From NCBI GenBank assembly GCA_039028615.1, contig JBCCHT010000040.1, positions 1 to 64,000 of the forward strand: DNA of 64,000 nucleotides, read 5' to 3'. A program made the position numbers and the translations under genes. Source of the stretch: Myxococcota bacterium (lineage in GTDB: Bacteria; Myxococcota_A; Polyangia; Nannocystales; Nannocystaceae). Below are positions 1 through 8,700 of the stretch, in pieces; positions within the stretch are counted from its first letter, which is position 1, and every line of letters begins with the position of its first letter. The notes below the pieces were generated by a model, which saw nothing but the letters and a program-made list of their open reading frames with translations, did not search any database and had not been told where the DNA came from.

Positions 1-18
1 CATCCGCGACCGCACCGC

Positions 19-290
19 GAAGCAAGGCCGTCGCCGAACCGGGCAGGACCCACGCAATCGTTCGCACGGGAGACCCAGTGCGGGGAGGGCTGAAGCGAAG
101 CCGCGTAGGATGGAGGGGGCCCGGTCGCGCGGAGGCGGCCGCCGACGACCGTCGAGAAACACTGGGGTATCACGGCCGCCGAGCACGTCCGGGGAGGGTT
201 CCAGCCGTCAACAGGCGAGCCCCCCGTTCGAACAAGTCGCCGCCGTAACTCCAAGCAAGCACCCCTACGCCGAAGCACCCCCCCTCAGCA
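19..290 (+). repeat. Copy A of a ~232-bp dispersed structured intergenic repeat (5' part degenerate or truncated)
   Basis: The core GGGAGGGCTGAAGCGAAGCCGCGTAGGATGGAGGGGGCCCGGTCGCGCGGAGGCGGCCGCC...TTCCAGCCGTCAACAGGCGAGCC (~82-221) is near-identical to copies at 21790-22108 (-) and 22578-23050 (+). Confidence 0.9.
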
Positions 291-358
291 GAACCCACGA
301 GTTCCCCCCTGGAGCCCAGCCCCCGAGGCCCGAGTACACAGCTCCCGATCGGAAGCTT

Positions 359-904
359 CTACCCGCCGCGGTGCTGCACCCAGACCGACAGATTCCCGAG
401 GAGCTTCGCCAGATGATCCCGAGTGTCTTCGTCCGTCAGCCGACCGTCATCAAACTTGTGATGCGCCTGAGTCACGAGAAACTCCGGATGCGGAAACACC
501 TGCGACGCCATCCCCAGCAAGACCAGCTTGAGATGCGCCTGCGCCCGCACCCCGCCGACGATGCTCGGCGACGCACTCACCATCGCCACCGGCTTGCCCG
601 CGAACACCGAGCGATATGCCGGGCGCGAAGCCCAGTCGAGGGCGTTCTTGAGGACGCCGGGGATGCCGTAGTTGTACTCGGGCGTCGCGATGAGGACCGC
701 GTCCGCCTCTGCGATGGACTCCTTGAAGGCCTCGACCGCCGCCAGCTGGCGCTCGTCGTCGAGGTCGGCGTTGAACAGCGGGATCGGGGCCAGGTCCGCG
801 ACGGTCAGCTCGACGTCCTTGGGCGCGAGCTGCTGCGCCGCGACCAGCAACGCGCGGTTGAATGAGGCTCGACGCAGGCTGCCGGGAATGCCGAGGATCT
901 TCAT
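359..904 (-). CDS. NADPH-dependent FMN reductase (ChrR/SsuE-like flavoprotein)
   Basis: MKILGIPGSLRRASFN, TPEYNYGIPGVLKNALDW and GGVRAQ motifs. Start trimmed to ATG 904. Confidence 0.92.
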   Translation of the reverse strand: MKILGIPGSLRRASFNRALLVAAQQLAPKDVELTVADLAPIPLFNADLDDERQLAAVEAFKESIAEADAVLIATPEYNYGIPGVLKNALDWASRPAYRSVFAGKPVAMVSASPSIVGGVRAQAHLKLVLLGMASQVFPHPEFLVTQAHHKFDDGRLTDEDTRDHLAKLLGNLSVWVQHRGG

Positions 905-968
905 GGACACCGGTACAATAGCGAAACGAGGCCTCCCTGAACAACGTCCGAGGGGGCCTTTGGCGCGA

Positions 969-1724
969 CTACAACAGGAAGGGCACCAGGGCCTTGCGGC
1001 GCTTGGGGTAGTCCTCGAACTTGTCGTGGTACCAGCGGTGGTTGGCCAGGGCGCGGGGGCCGACGTTGGCCGCGGTGTACAGGGCAAAGGCCAGGCCGGG
1101 CAGGGACCAGGTGGCGATCGCCCAGCCGATCCACTCGAGAATCTCGCCGAAGTAGTTGGGGCAGGAGATGTACTCGTATAGCCAGCCCCGAGGGACCTTG
1201 TAGCCCGTCTCGCCCGGCTTGCGCAGGGCGAGCAGCATGCGGTCGGCCTGCTTGTTGATCACGTATCCGCCCACGAACAGAGTGACGCCGATCCACAGGC
1301 GCGGATCGTAGAGCCACTCGACGGGGTAGGAGCCGAAGTGGGAGATCCAGCGGGCGTTGATGTACGCGTTGAGGCTGTTGAAGGCGAAGCCCGAGCCGGC
1401 GATGACCAGGGGCATGGCCTTGGCGGTGCGCAGCCGGAAGGGGAAGACGAAGGTGCGGTGCACGTAGTGCACCTGGAACACGCCGAGCAGCAACAGCGGG
1501 ACCAGCTCGAGGCTGTGGTCGCCCATGAAGTAGACGCCGCCAAAGAGCAGGACGGCGGGGCACTCCATGATGATCCAGCCGACCCAGGCGGGCACGCTGG
1601 GGCCCCACCCGCCGTCGTAGTGACGACCGTAGGGCGCACGAAACAAGGCGAGGGCGAGGACGGTGACCAGCGCGAGGCCGATCTCCACCCAGGTCAGGGT
1701 GCCGTGAAGGATCGACTCTTCCAT
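969..1724 (-). CDS. 3-oxo-5-alpha-steroid 4-dehydrogenase (SRD5A/DET2-like)
   Basis: APYGRH, GWIIMECP, HYVHRT, YKVPRGWLYEYISCPNYFGEILEW and HRWY...KRRKALVPF match the steroid 5-alpha-reductase signatures. Multiple TM segments. Confidence 0.92.
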   Translation of the reverse strand: MEESILHGTLTWVEIGLALVTVLALALFRAPYGRHYDGGWGPSVPAWVGWIIMECPAVLLFGGVYFMGDHSLELVPLLLLGVFQVHYVHRTFVFPFRLRTAKAMPLVIAGSGFAFNSLNAYINARWISHFGSYPVEWLYDPRLWIGVTLFVGGYVINKQADRMLLALRKPGETGYKVPRGWLYEYISCPNYFGEILEWIGWAIATWSLPGLAFALYTAANVGPRALANHRWYHDKFEDYPKRRKALVPFLL

Positions 1725-1739
1725 CGTCGTGCTCGCGGG

Positions 1740-2777
1740 TCAGGCGGGAGAGACGACGTGCTGCTCGAGCGCCCGGCTGTCGTCGGTCTTGGGCGCGATG
1801 GTCCCCTCGAGCAAGTGCCAGGCGTAGATGTCTCGCAGTGATTCGTCGAGCGGCCGGATGGTGTGCCCGAGCTCGCGCTGCGCCTTGGTGGAATCGAAGC
1901 CGTGCTGGAGCTGGAGCGGAATGAGCGACTCGGAGGTGTAGATCGGCTCGCCGTCGAGGAACTTGGCGGCGATGTCCATGAAGGGCGCGCCGAGCCGGGC
2001 CAGGAACACGGGTGCGGTGAAACGAGGCTGGGGCACGCCAGTGATGGCCGCTGCCCGCCGGGACAGCTCGATGACGGTGTAGTGCTTGCCCGTGAGCAGA
2101 TAGCTCTCGTTGGTGCGACCGCGCTCGGCGGCCGCGATCATGCTCGCCGAGACGTCCCGGGCGTCGACGAAGTCGTAGCCGCCGGGCAGCAGGGCGGGTA
2201 GCGATCGCCGATAGAGCTTGAGCAGCACGTGCCCCATGCGCGACAGCTTGTAGTCGTAGGGCCCGATGACCCCCGAGGGATGCACGATGACGGCATCGAG
2301 TCCATCGGCGACGGCGTCGCGCACGATGGCCTCGCCCTTGGCCTTGCTGATGTCGTAGGCCGGCGCGTCACCGGGCTTCACCCGGCGGCGGGTCTCGTCG
2401 ACCGGCTGATCCCAGGGCGCATGGGAGAAGGCGTGCACCGAGCACGTGTGCACCATGCGGGGCAGCTTGGCTCGCTTGGCCGCTTCGACGACGTTGCGGA
2501 CGCCCCGGACGTTGACCGCCTCGACCAGCCCGTTCATGGGCCCGACGATCGAGATCTGAGCGGCGAGGTGGTAGAGCAGGTCCACGCCGTCGAGCAGGGC
2601 ATCGAGGCCCTTGCCCGAGACGACGTCACCCTCGACGGTATCGATGGGCAGCCCCCTCAGTTCGCGGGGGTCGGGCGAGCGCACCAAGGCCCGTACCGTG
2701 TCCCCCCGGTCGATGAGCTGACGAATCAGGTTGGAGCCCAGATGGCCCGTGGCTCCCGTAATTGCGACCGTTGCCAT
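1740..2777 (-). CDS. NAD-dependent epimerase/dehydratase (extended SDR; DFR/HpnA/3beta-HSD-like)
   Basis: TGATGHLG Rossmann motif, HLAA, and catalytic YDISK (YxxxK). Confidence 0.9.
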   Translation of the reverse strand: MATVAITGATGHLGSNLIRQLIDRGDTVRALVRSPDPRELRGLPIDTVEGDVVSGKGLDALLDGVDLLYHLAAQISIVGPMNGLVEAVNVRGVRNVVEAAKRAKLPRMVHTCSVHAFSHAPWDQPVDETRRRVKPGDAPAYDISKAKGEAIVRDAVADGLDAVIVHPSGVIGPYDYKLSRMGHVLLKLYRRSLPALLPGGYDFVDARDVSASMIAAAERGRTNESYLLTGKHYTVIELSRRAAAITGVPQPRFTAPVFLARLGAPFMDIAAKFLDGEPIYTSESLIPLQLQHGFDSTKAQRELGHTIRPLDESLRDIYAWHLLEGTIAPKTDDSRALEQHVVSPA

Positions 2778-2843
2778 CGTTCGACGGATGGTACGCGCTC
2801 GGTCGCCGAACGCGAATGATCGGGAGCACCCCGAAGCGTCGGT

Positions 2844-3461
2844 TCACTCACCCGCGGGCTTTGCGTCGGGCATGGTGATGCCGATCTGACGCAGGCCGTC
2901 CTCACCCACGATCTCCACGTAATGCCGCCAACATACGGGCTGATACTCCTCGTCGCCCAAGGCGATCTGCTCGCCCTGCACCACCGCTTCGCCGCCCGCG
3001 GTGCGCATGTTGAAGACGGCCTTGCTCCCGCAGCGTTGGCACGTGACCTTCACCTCTTCGATGCTGTCGGCGACCTCGAGCAGTCGCAGCGCGCCGGGAA
3101 AACCGCGGGTCTGGAAGTCGGTGCGGAGGCCGTAGCAGATCACGGGAAGGTCGAGCGACAGCGTGAGCATGCGGAGCTGATCGACGACGGCCGGCGACAA
3201 GAACTGGGCCTCGTCGACGAGCACGCAGTCGAGCCCGCGCAGCTCTTCGAGCGAGAGCACGGTGTCGGACTCGAGCAGGAGATCGGCGTCGGCCTCGAGC
3301 CCCGAGCGCGAGGCGACCTTGCGATCGCCGAAGCGATCGTCGAGCGCAGGCTTGGCCAGTGCGACGCGCTTGCCCTGCTTGCGGTAGTTGTGGGCGACCG
3401 CGAGCAGGTTCAGCGTCTTGGCGCTGTCCATCGTCCCGTAGCGAAAGTAGAGCTTGGCCAT
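2844..3461 (-). CDS. tdk: Thymidine kinase
   Basis: MAKLYFRYGTMDSAKT P-loop, LVDEAQFL, CYGLRTDF and Zn-lasso cysteines. Confidence 0.96.
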   Translation of the reverse strand: MAKLYFRYGTMDSAKTLNLLAVAHNYRKQGKRVALAKPALDDRFGDRKVASRSGLEADADLLLESDTVLSLEELRGLDCVLVDEAQFLSPAVVDQLRMLTLSLDLPVICYGLRTDFQTRGFPGALRLLEVADSIEEVKVTCQRCGSKAVFNMRTAGGEAVVQGEQIALGDEEYQPVCWRHYVEIVGEDGLRQIGITMPDAKPAGE

Positions 3462-3508
3462 TGCGCAGGCGGCAGGCTAGCACTGCTGCGCCCGAACGGG
3501 GATGGCTC

Positions 3509-4327
3509 CTAGCGAGCGACGACGGTCAGCGGTACCCGCTGGATGCGACGCCCCGACTCGGGAGCGGCCTTGCATGCGTCTTCGGGGGCGGGTCGAGTGT
3601 CGACGAAGCCCACCATGACCCAGTCGCCCACGGGCAGCTCGGCGGGCAGCCAGACCTTGGCCTCGATGGTGCTCCCCGGGGGGCTCGGTACGACCTGGGC
3701 GGCAACGCGACGCGACTGCCCCTGGCCTTCGAGGCAGACCCAGACCTTCGGCTTTGCGGTGTGGGCCGTGGCCGGCCGCCAGAACACGGCCAACGACTCG
3801 CCGGCCTTCACCTCGACCTCCGCGTCCTTGGTGGAGCGCATGCCGGCAGACGAGGGCTGCAGCCACATCTCGTGCTCGGGGAGGGCGACGCCATCGGGCG
3901 TGGCCTGTTCGCCGCCCGAGGGCATCAAGACGATCACCAGGGCCGCGGCGGCGACGATGCCCGCGACGACCATGGCCCCGCCCCGTGCCCACCACGAGCG
4001 ATCGCTGCGGTCGATGACCTCGGCCGGCTCGGCTTCGGCCGGGGTCTCGGGCTCGGTCTCCGCTTGGGCGTCGGGCTCGGTCTCCGCCTGCGCGTCGGGC
4101 TCGAGCAACCGATCGGTGAGCGCCTCCTCGAACGCGTCGGGCAGCGGCTTCATCAGCTCGGCCGCGAGCGCGAGCGCCTCTTGGTCGTCACCTTCGGCCT
4201 GCCGCTGCTTCACGACGTCATCGACGTCCACGCGCCCGAACACCGCATCCTCCCAGTGCGGGTCTCGACTCTCGTGCTGCGCCCGCTCGAGATCGGCGAT
4301 CTCGTGGGCGAGGGCCTCCTCATCCAT
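3509..4327 (-). CDS. Putative single-pass membrane anti-sigma factor
   Basis: Acidic N-terminal region, one TM segment (AMVVAGIVAAAALVIVLM) and a beta-rich C-terminal domain with two Cys. It lies directly downstream of the ECF sigma and has a GAGG SD. Function is inferred from position and topology. Confidence 0.7.
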   Translation of the reverse strand: MDEEALAHEIADLERAQHESRDPHWEDAVFGRVDVDDVVKQRQAEGDDQEALALAAELMKPLPDAFEEALTDRLLEPDAQAETEPDAQAETEPETPAEAEPAEVIDRSDRSWWARGGAMVVAGIVAAAALVIVLMPSGGEQATPDGVALPEHEMWLQPSSAGMRSTKDAEVEVKAGESLAVFWRPATAHTAKPKVWVCLEGQGQSRRVAAQVVPSPPGSTIEAKVWLPAELPVGDWVMVGFVDTRPAPEDACKAAPESGRRIQRVPLTVVAR

Positions 4328-4340
4328 CCTCGGACCTCCC

Positions 4341-4366
4341 TACGGGGATCCCCCTCCGAAGTTGAC
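4341..4366 (-). promoter_or_regulatory. Putative ECF promoter GTCA-N18-CGTA upstream of the anti-sigma-like gene
   Basis: The minus strand reads GTCA acttcggagggggatccc CGTA, 13 nt before ATG 4327. The same motif and spacing occur at 7888 and 8356. Confidence 0.65.
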
Positions 4367-4372
4367 ACGCGT

Positions 4373-5002
4373 TCATGCCGTGCCCCCGAGTTCGAGCCCC
4401 TCGGCGAGCTTGGGTAGGACCTTGCGCACAAACCGACTTCGCCATTGGTAGACGGCGGCAGTACTCATGCCCACCTCCTCGGATACCTGCTGAACACTAC
4501 AGTGTTCGGTGAACAACGAGGTGAACAGCTGCCAATCGCGGGCGCTGAACTGCTGGCGCATGCGCTGCTGGAGGCGCTCGAGGGTCTGCCGGGCTGCCAC
4601 TTGACCGACCTGCCCCGCGCCTTGGGCGGGGGTCGCCGCCTCCAGCGCATCCGCGGTGGTGGGCTCCTCTTGGCGAGGGGTTCGCCGACGGCTGCGCAAC
4701 ACGTCCAAGGCCCGAGAGCGCGCGACCAGGCGCACATAGCTTTCGAAGGAGCGACCGCGCGAGGGCTCCCAGCGGGTGAGCAAGACGCCGCGGTTCGACC
4801 ACAGGGCGGCGAAGACGTCCTGCACGAGGTCTTCGAGGGCTTGGCGACTGGGGCGACCGCCGTTTCGCCGCGACTGGAGCAGTAGGTGCGCCACCTCGGC
4901 CTGGATGGCCGGGCGGAGCCGAGCCACGAGGGTGCGAGTGGCTGTGCGGTCTCCCGCCAGAGCCTCTCGGACCAGCTTTCGTGCCGCCTCATGCTCGTCC
5001 AT
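4373..5002 (-). CDS. ECF-type RNA polymerase sigma factor
   Basis: Region 2 (EDLVQDVFAALW...SFESYVRLVARSRALDVLR) and region 4 HTH (SVQQVSEEVGMSTAAVYQWRSR). Start trimmed to ATG 5002. Confidence 0.9.
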   Translation of the reverse strand: MDEHEAARKLVREALAGDRTATRTLVARLRPAIQAEVAHLLLQSRRNGGRPSRQALEDLVQDVFAALWSNRGVLLTRWEPSRGRSFESYVRLVARSRALDVLRSRRRTPRQEEPTTADALEAATPAQGAGQVGQVAARQTLERLQQRMRQQFSARDWQLFTSLFTEHCSVQQVSEEVGMSTAAVYQWRSRFVRKVLPKLAEGLELGGTA

Positions 5003-5048
5003 GAGCAGCCCGGGGTTATACCACGCAGTCGTCGTACCATCGCGCTCG

Positions 5049-7883
5049 ATGCTCCGACGCTCGTCGTGGGTCTGGCTCGTGCTCGCCACGGCCCTGCTCG
5101 CCCTTGCCGTGGTCGTGCGGTTTTTTCCGCGCACGCCCGACGAGGTCACGACGGCGGCGACGGAGCGGCCGCCTCCACCCGGGCCGCCGCTGGAGGTCCT
5201 GGTCGCGGGGTGTTCGTCGAGCACCCGCACCCCGGCCACCTGCGAACTGGCCGCGGACGACGTCCTGACGCTGTGGATCGCGGGGAAGGACCGCCCGCGC
5301 GTGCAACGAGACGGCGCGGCGCTCGAGCCCACCGAGGCGACCCCGACGCGAGATCCGGGCTGGCGCATGCGGTTCGAGGCCCCCGAAATCGGCACTACGC
5401 TGACCGTGCACGGCCCCTCGGGCGCCGAAGGGTTTCGCATCGATCTGCGCCCCGCCGTGCCGACGCCCCGGGTCCACGCGGTTCGGGAGACGCTGCGCAG
5501 CAAGGACGGACCCACCCCGACGGAGCAATTTCAGCAGGCGTTGGGGGCCCTCGACGCGATGACCGACGTGCCGATCGACGAGACGCTGGCCGCCGCGCTG
5601 CTGCGGATCCGCATCCTGCATCGACTCGGTCGTCTCGAAGACGCGGCCGAGGCGGCACAGGCCGGCTTCGCCCTCGCGGTCGAGCACCATCGGCACTCGG
5701 CGACGGCGGAGCTGGGCCTGCTGCTGGTGCCGCAGAGCCAGAAGATCGGCAACGACACGGAGGCGCACTGGGGACTCGACCGGGTGCACGCCGTGCTGCC
5801 CACGCTGATGGACGCGGGCTCGGAGAGCCTGTGGAGCTACTACCGCGGCGAGCAAGCGCTCAAAGAAGGCGATCAGGGGGCCGCGCTGCAGCACCTGACC
5901 GACGCGGAGCGTACGAGTCGCCGCCTGGGCTTGGTGGAGCAGGAGCTGTCGGCGGCCTCGCTGCGCGTGGGGGTGCTGGGCATGCTGGGCCGAGAGGACG
6001 AGCAACAGCAGCTGGTCCAGCGCATGCTGGCCCTGATCGACGAGCGACCCACCCTCACGTGCAACCACGCCGCGTACCTCAACGGCGCGGGCTCGTCCCT
6101 GCTGTACAGCACTCGCGCGGGCGACTCCACCGATGCCATGCGACGGCTCTTCGAACGCGCGGCGCAGATCTTCGAGCCGGGCGGAGGGTGTGAAGTCGGC
6201 CAGCACCCGGTGCTGCGCCATAGCCTGGCGTCGCTTCAGCTCAACCTCGCGTTGGAGACTCTGGCTCGCGACGCGCTGCCCGAGACGCAGACCTGGCTCG
6301 AGGCGGTGACCGAAGGCGGAGCCCCGGACGTGCTCGTCCCTTGGATGGGCTACACGCGGGCCCGACTCGAGCTCGCCCGCGAGCAGCTCGATGCGGCCGG
6401 CCGCTCTCTCGATGCGGTGGAGGCCGACCCTCAGCTCGACTACGATCCGATGCTGCCGTGGCAGGTGGCCGTGCTCCGGGGTGACCTCGAGCGCGCCCGC
6501 AATGCCCCCGAAGCGGCGCTCACGGCCTATCTGCACGCGGAGCAGCGGCTCGACGAGCTGGTGCGAAAGTTCGGGATCGACCAGGGGCGCGAGGGCTTGC
6601 TGGCGGGCGTGCATACCAGTGCGGCCCAGGCCATCGCGCTGCTGTTGGCGCGTGGCGATCGTTCGCGGGCCGCCGCGCTGGCCCGGAGCTCACGGGCTCG
6701 AGCCCTGCGCCCGATGGGCCGCGCGGGGGTGTTGGCTCAGCTTCCCGCCGACGCCCGCGAGACCTGGCTGCGCGAGCGCGAGAGCTACCGACAGCTGGCC
6801 CGTCGCGTCGAGGCGGAGCTGCTCGATGCCTGGAGCCTGCCCGCGGATGCTCGCCAGCGACTCCGCCACGAACACGCCGAGGCCACCGCGCGCATGCGGC
6901 AGCACATGGACGCGGCCTACCGCGCCTTGGATCGAGCCCCCGCCGCTCCGCAGCGCGCCATGGCCCCGCCGCCGCCGGGCGAGGCGTGGCTGCTGGCGCA
7001 TCCGCTGCCGCGAGGGTGGGCGGTGTTCATGCTGACCGACACCGAGGTGTTGGCCCACTCGGTACCTCGGTTGCCCCCGCTCGACGATCGAGCCGCCTGG
7101 GCAGCCACGGTGCTCGAGCCCTTCGCCTCCGTGATCGAGGACGCAACGCAGCTGGCGGTGCTGCCCATGGGTCCGCTGGTGGACGTGCCCGTGCACGTGC
7201 TGCCGTGGCGCGACGATCTGCTGATGGCCGCGCTGCCCGTGGTCTACAAGCTCGACATCGGAGCCGAGCCCATCGGGGAGGCCCCGACCTCGCGGGCGGC
7301 CTTGGTGGTCTCGGACCCGGCCACGCGCCTGACCGGACTCGGTCGGCTCCCCGCCGCGCGCGAAGAGGGGGCCCACGTCACCAAGGCGCTGACCGAAGCG
7401 AAGTGGCAGGTCACGACCCTCGAAGGTGAGGCCGCCACGCATGGGGCGGTCACCGAGGCGATCGCCACCGCGGAGCTGCTGCACTACGCGGGGCATGGCC
7501 AACGACGGGGCCTGGAGGGCTGGGACAGCGCGATCCCGCTGGCGGGCGAGGCCTCGCTCGACGTGCGAGACGTGCTTGCGCTGCCCCGCGCTCCGACCAC
7601 GGTGGTGCTGTCGGGATGTGAGACGGGGCTGAGCGACGCGGAGCTGGGTGCGGGCGGGATGCACCTGGCGGGCGCGTTCCTGGCCGCGGGCTCGCATACC
7701 GTGATCGCAGCCGCCGACGAGGTTCCCGACACGCTCGCGTCCGCGTTGGGCCACACGCTGTACGAAGCCGAAGGCCTGCCGCTGGGGCCCGCCCAGCGAC
7801 TACGCCGGGCCCTGCTCTCGCTGCGCCGCGACCCGGAGGCAGGGGACGGACGCTGGGAGGCCTATCGGGCCTTCGTGCCCTGA
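5049..7883 (+). CDS. Membrane-anchored TPR + CHAT (caspase-like clan CD) protein
   Basis: N-terminal hydrophobic anchor (SWVWLVLATALLALAVVV) followed by helical TPR-like repeats. The C-terminal CHAT domain has LPMGPLVDVPVH, LHYAGHG (catalytic His), VVLSGCETG (catalytic Cys) and W-x-A-Y at the end. Confidence 0.9.
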   Translation: MLRRSSWVWLVLATALLALAVVVRFFPRTPDEVTTAATERPPPPGPPLEVLVAGCSSSTRTPATCELAADDVLTLWIAGKDRPRVQRDGAALEPTEATPTRDPGWRMRFEAPEIGTTLTVHGPSGAEGFRIDLRPAVPTPRVHAVRETLRSKDGPTPTEQFQQALGALDAMTDVPIDETLAAALLRIRILHRLGRLEDAAEAAQAGFALAVEHHRHSATAELGLLLVPQSQKIGNDTEAHWGLDRVHAVLPTLMDAGSESLWSYYRGEQALKEGDQGAALQHLTDAERTSRRLGLVEQELSAASLRVGVLGMLGREDEQQQLVQRMLALIDERPTLTCNHAAYLNGAGSSLLYSTRAGDSTDAMRRLFERAAQIFEPGGGCEVGQHPVLRHSLASLQLNLALETLARDALPETQTWLEAVTEGGAPDVLVPWMGYTRARLELAREQLDAAGRSLDAVEADPQLDYDPMLPWQVAVLRGDLERARNAPEAALTAYLHAEQRLDELVRKFGIDQGREGLLAGVHTSAAQAIALLLARGDRSRAAALARSSRARALRPMGRAGVLAQLPADARETWLRERESYRQLARRVEAELLDAWSLPADARQRLRHEHAEATARMRQHMDAAYRALDRAPAAPQRAMAPPPPGEAWLLAHPLPRGWAVFMLTDTEVLAHSVPRLPPLDDRAAWAATVLEPFASVIEDATQLAVLPMGPLVDVPVHVLPWRDDLLMAALPVVYKLDIGAEPIGEAPTSRAALVVSDPATRLTGLGRLPAAREEGAHVTKALTEAKWQVTTLEGEAATHGAVTEAIATAELLHYAGHGQRRGLEGWDSAIPLAGEASLDVRDVLALPRAPTTVVLSGCETGLSDAELGAGGMHLAGAFLAAGSHTVIAAADEVPDTLASALGHTLYEAEGLPLGPAQRLRRALLSLRRDPEAGDGRWEAYRAFVP

Positions 7884-7887
7884 GCCG

Positions 7888-7913
7888 GTCAAAGAACCCG
7901 TGCTCCGCACGTA
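7888..7913 (+). promoter_or_regulatory. Putative ECF promoter GTCA-N18-CGTA upstream of the small lipoprotein
   Basis: GTCA aagaacccgtgctccgca CGTA lies 9 nt before GTG 7923. An overlapping TACAAT could also act as a sigma70 -10. Confidence 0.6.
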
Positions 7914-7922
7914 CAATCCTCC

Positions 7923-8339
7923 GTGATGCCCCACCGCCGCCCCACCTCGACATCGCGAATGCTCCGACTCGCCGCCCTGCTCGGCGGTGGCACCGTGTTC
8001 ATGCTGACTTCGGGTTGCCCTCGCCCGCCCGCGACCTGCCCCAACTGCGACATCAAGTTCACCATCAAGAACTACTCCGAGCTCGGTCAGGGCTACTCGA
8101 TCGCCGGCGCGACGCTCGAGGCGGACATCGAGACGAGCGATTGCCCGAACAACCAGTCGACCTGCACGGAGCACAAGACGGCGCCGATGTCCCAGAACCA
8201 ACCCGGCGACTACGAAAACGTGCCTTCGCCCTTCACCCTCGACGAGACGGACACCGTTCGCTTCAACCTCAAGGTCAAGCTGGTCAACGGCTCTCAGACC
8301 GTGATGAAGAACGAGACGGTGACGCAGTACTCCGAGTAA
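7923..8339 (+). CDS. Small Cys-containing lipoprotein of unknown function
   Basis: Signal peptide with lipobox LTSG-C, two further Cys pairs, a polar beta-rich mature domain and strong GC3 codon bias. Confidence 0.8.
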   Translation: MMPHRRPTSTSRMLRLAALLGGGTVFMLTSGCPRPPATCPNCDIKFTIKNYSELGQGYSIAGATLEADIETSDCPNNQSTCTEHKTAPMSQNQPGDYENVPSPFTLDETDTVRFNLKVKLVNGSQTVMKNETVTQYSE

Positions 8340-8355
8340 AAAAATCGAGCGGGGC

Positions 8356-8381
8356 GTCAGAAACTTCTGCGCCCCGCCGTA
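8356..8381 (+). promoter_or_regulatory. Third GTCA-N18-CGTA motif, embedded in a hairpin after the lipoprotein gene
   Basis: GTCA gaaacttctgcgccccgc CGTA. It overlaps the inverted repeat GCGGGGCG-T-CAGAA-AC-TTCTG-CGCCCCGC (8349-8377). Confidence 0.5.
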
Positions 8382-8700
8382 AGGATGAATGGACGCCACG
8401 GACGGCCCTGCCCCCAAAGTATGAGGGCCCCGTGGTGACCCGCCGCTCGAGTCCCGCCGGATGTGGGAGTAATCCGAAGCGAGTTCGAGCGGCGTACGGC
8501 GACCTCGACGCAGCAACTACGCAGTGGCCAGGAAACAGCGGGTGGTGCTGCCTCCCCCGATGATTCAGCGTCGAGTCGAAGACGGTCCCGGGTGCACGGG
8601 GGGTGGCGCCCCCAACACGCCCCTTGTTCCCCGGGGCCGTCGCGCCGTTTTTTGAAGCACGAGGCTGCCGACCGGCGACAGCGTTGTCGTTTGTGCTGGG

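Noticed and set aside
110..865. 251-aa ORF, and similar ORFs at 21504-22265 and 22606-23508
   Set aside because: These are translations of the non-coding repeat plus antisense of real genes, with no protein-like features.
4040..4105. 24-bp tandem repeat (EPDAQAET x2) in the anti-sigma-like gene
   Set aside because: It is an ordinary in-frame low-complexity linker duplication.
5049..7883. Type III-E CRISPR (Craspase) locus
   Set aside because: There is no Cas7-11, other cas gene or array in the window, and this CHAT protein has an N-terminal membrane anchor.
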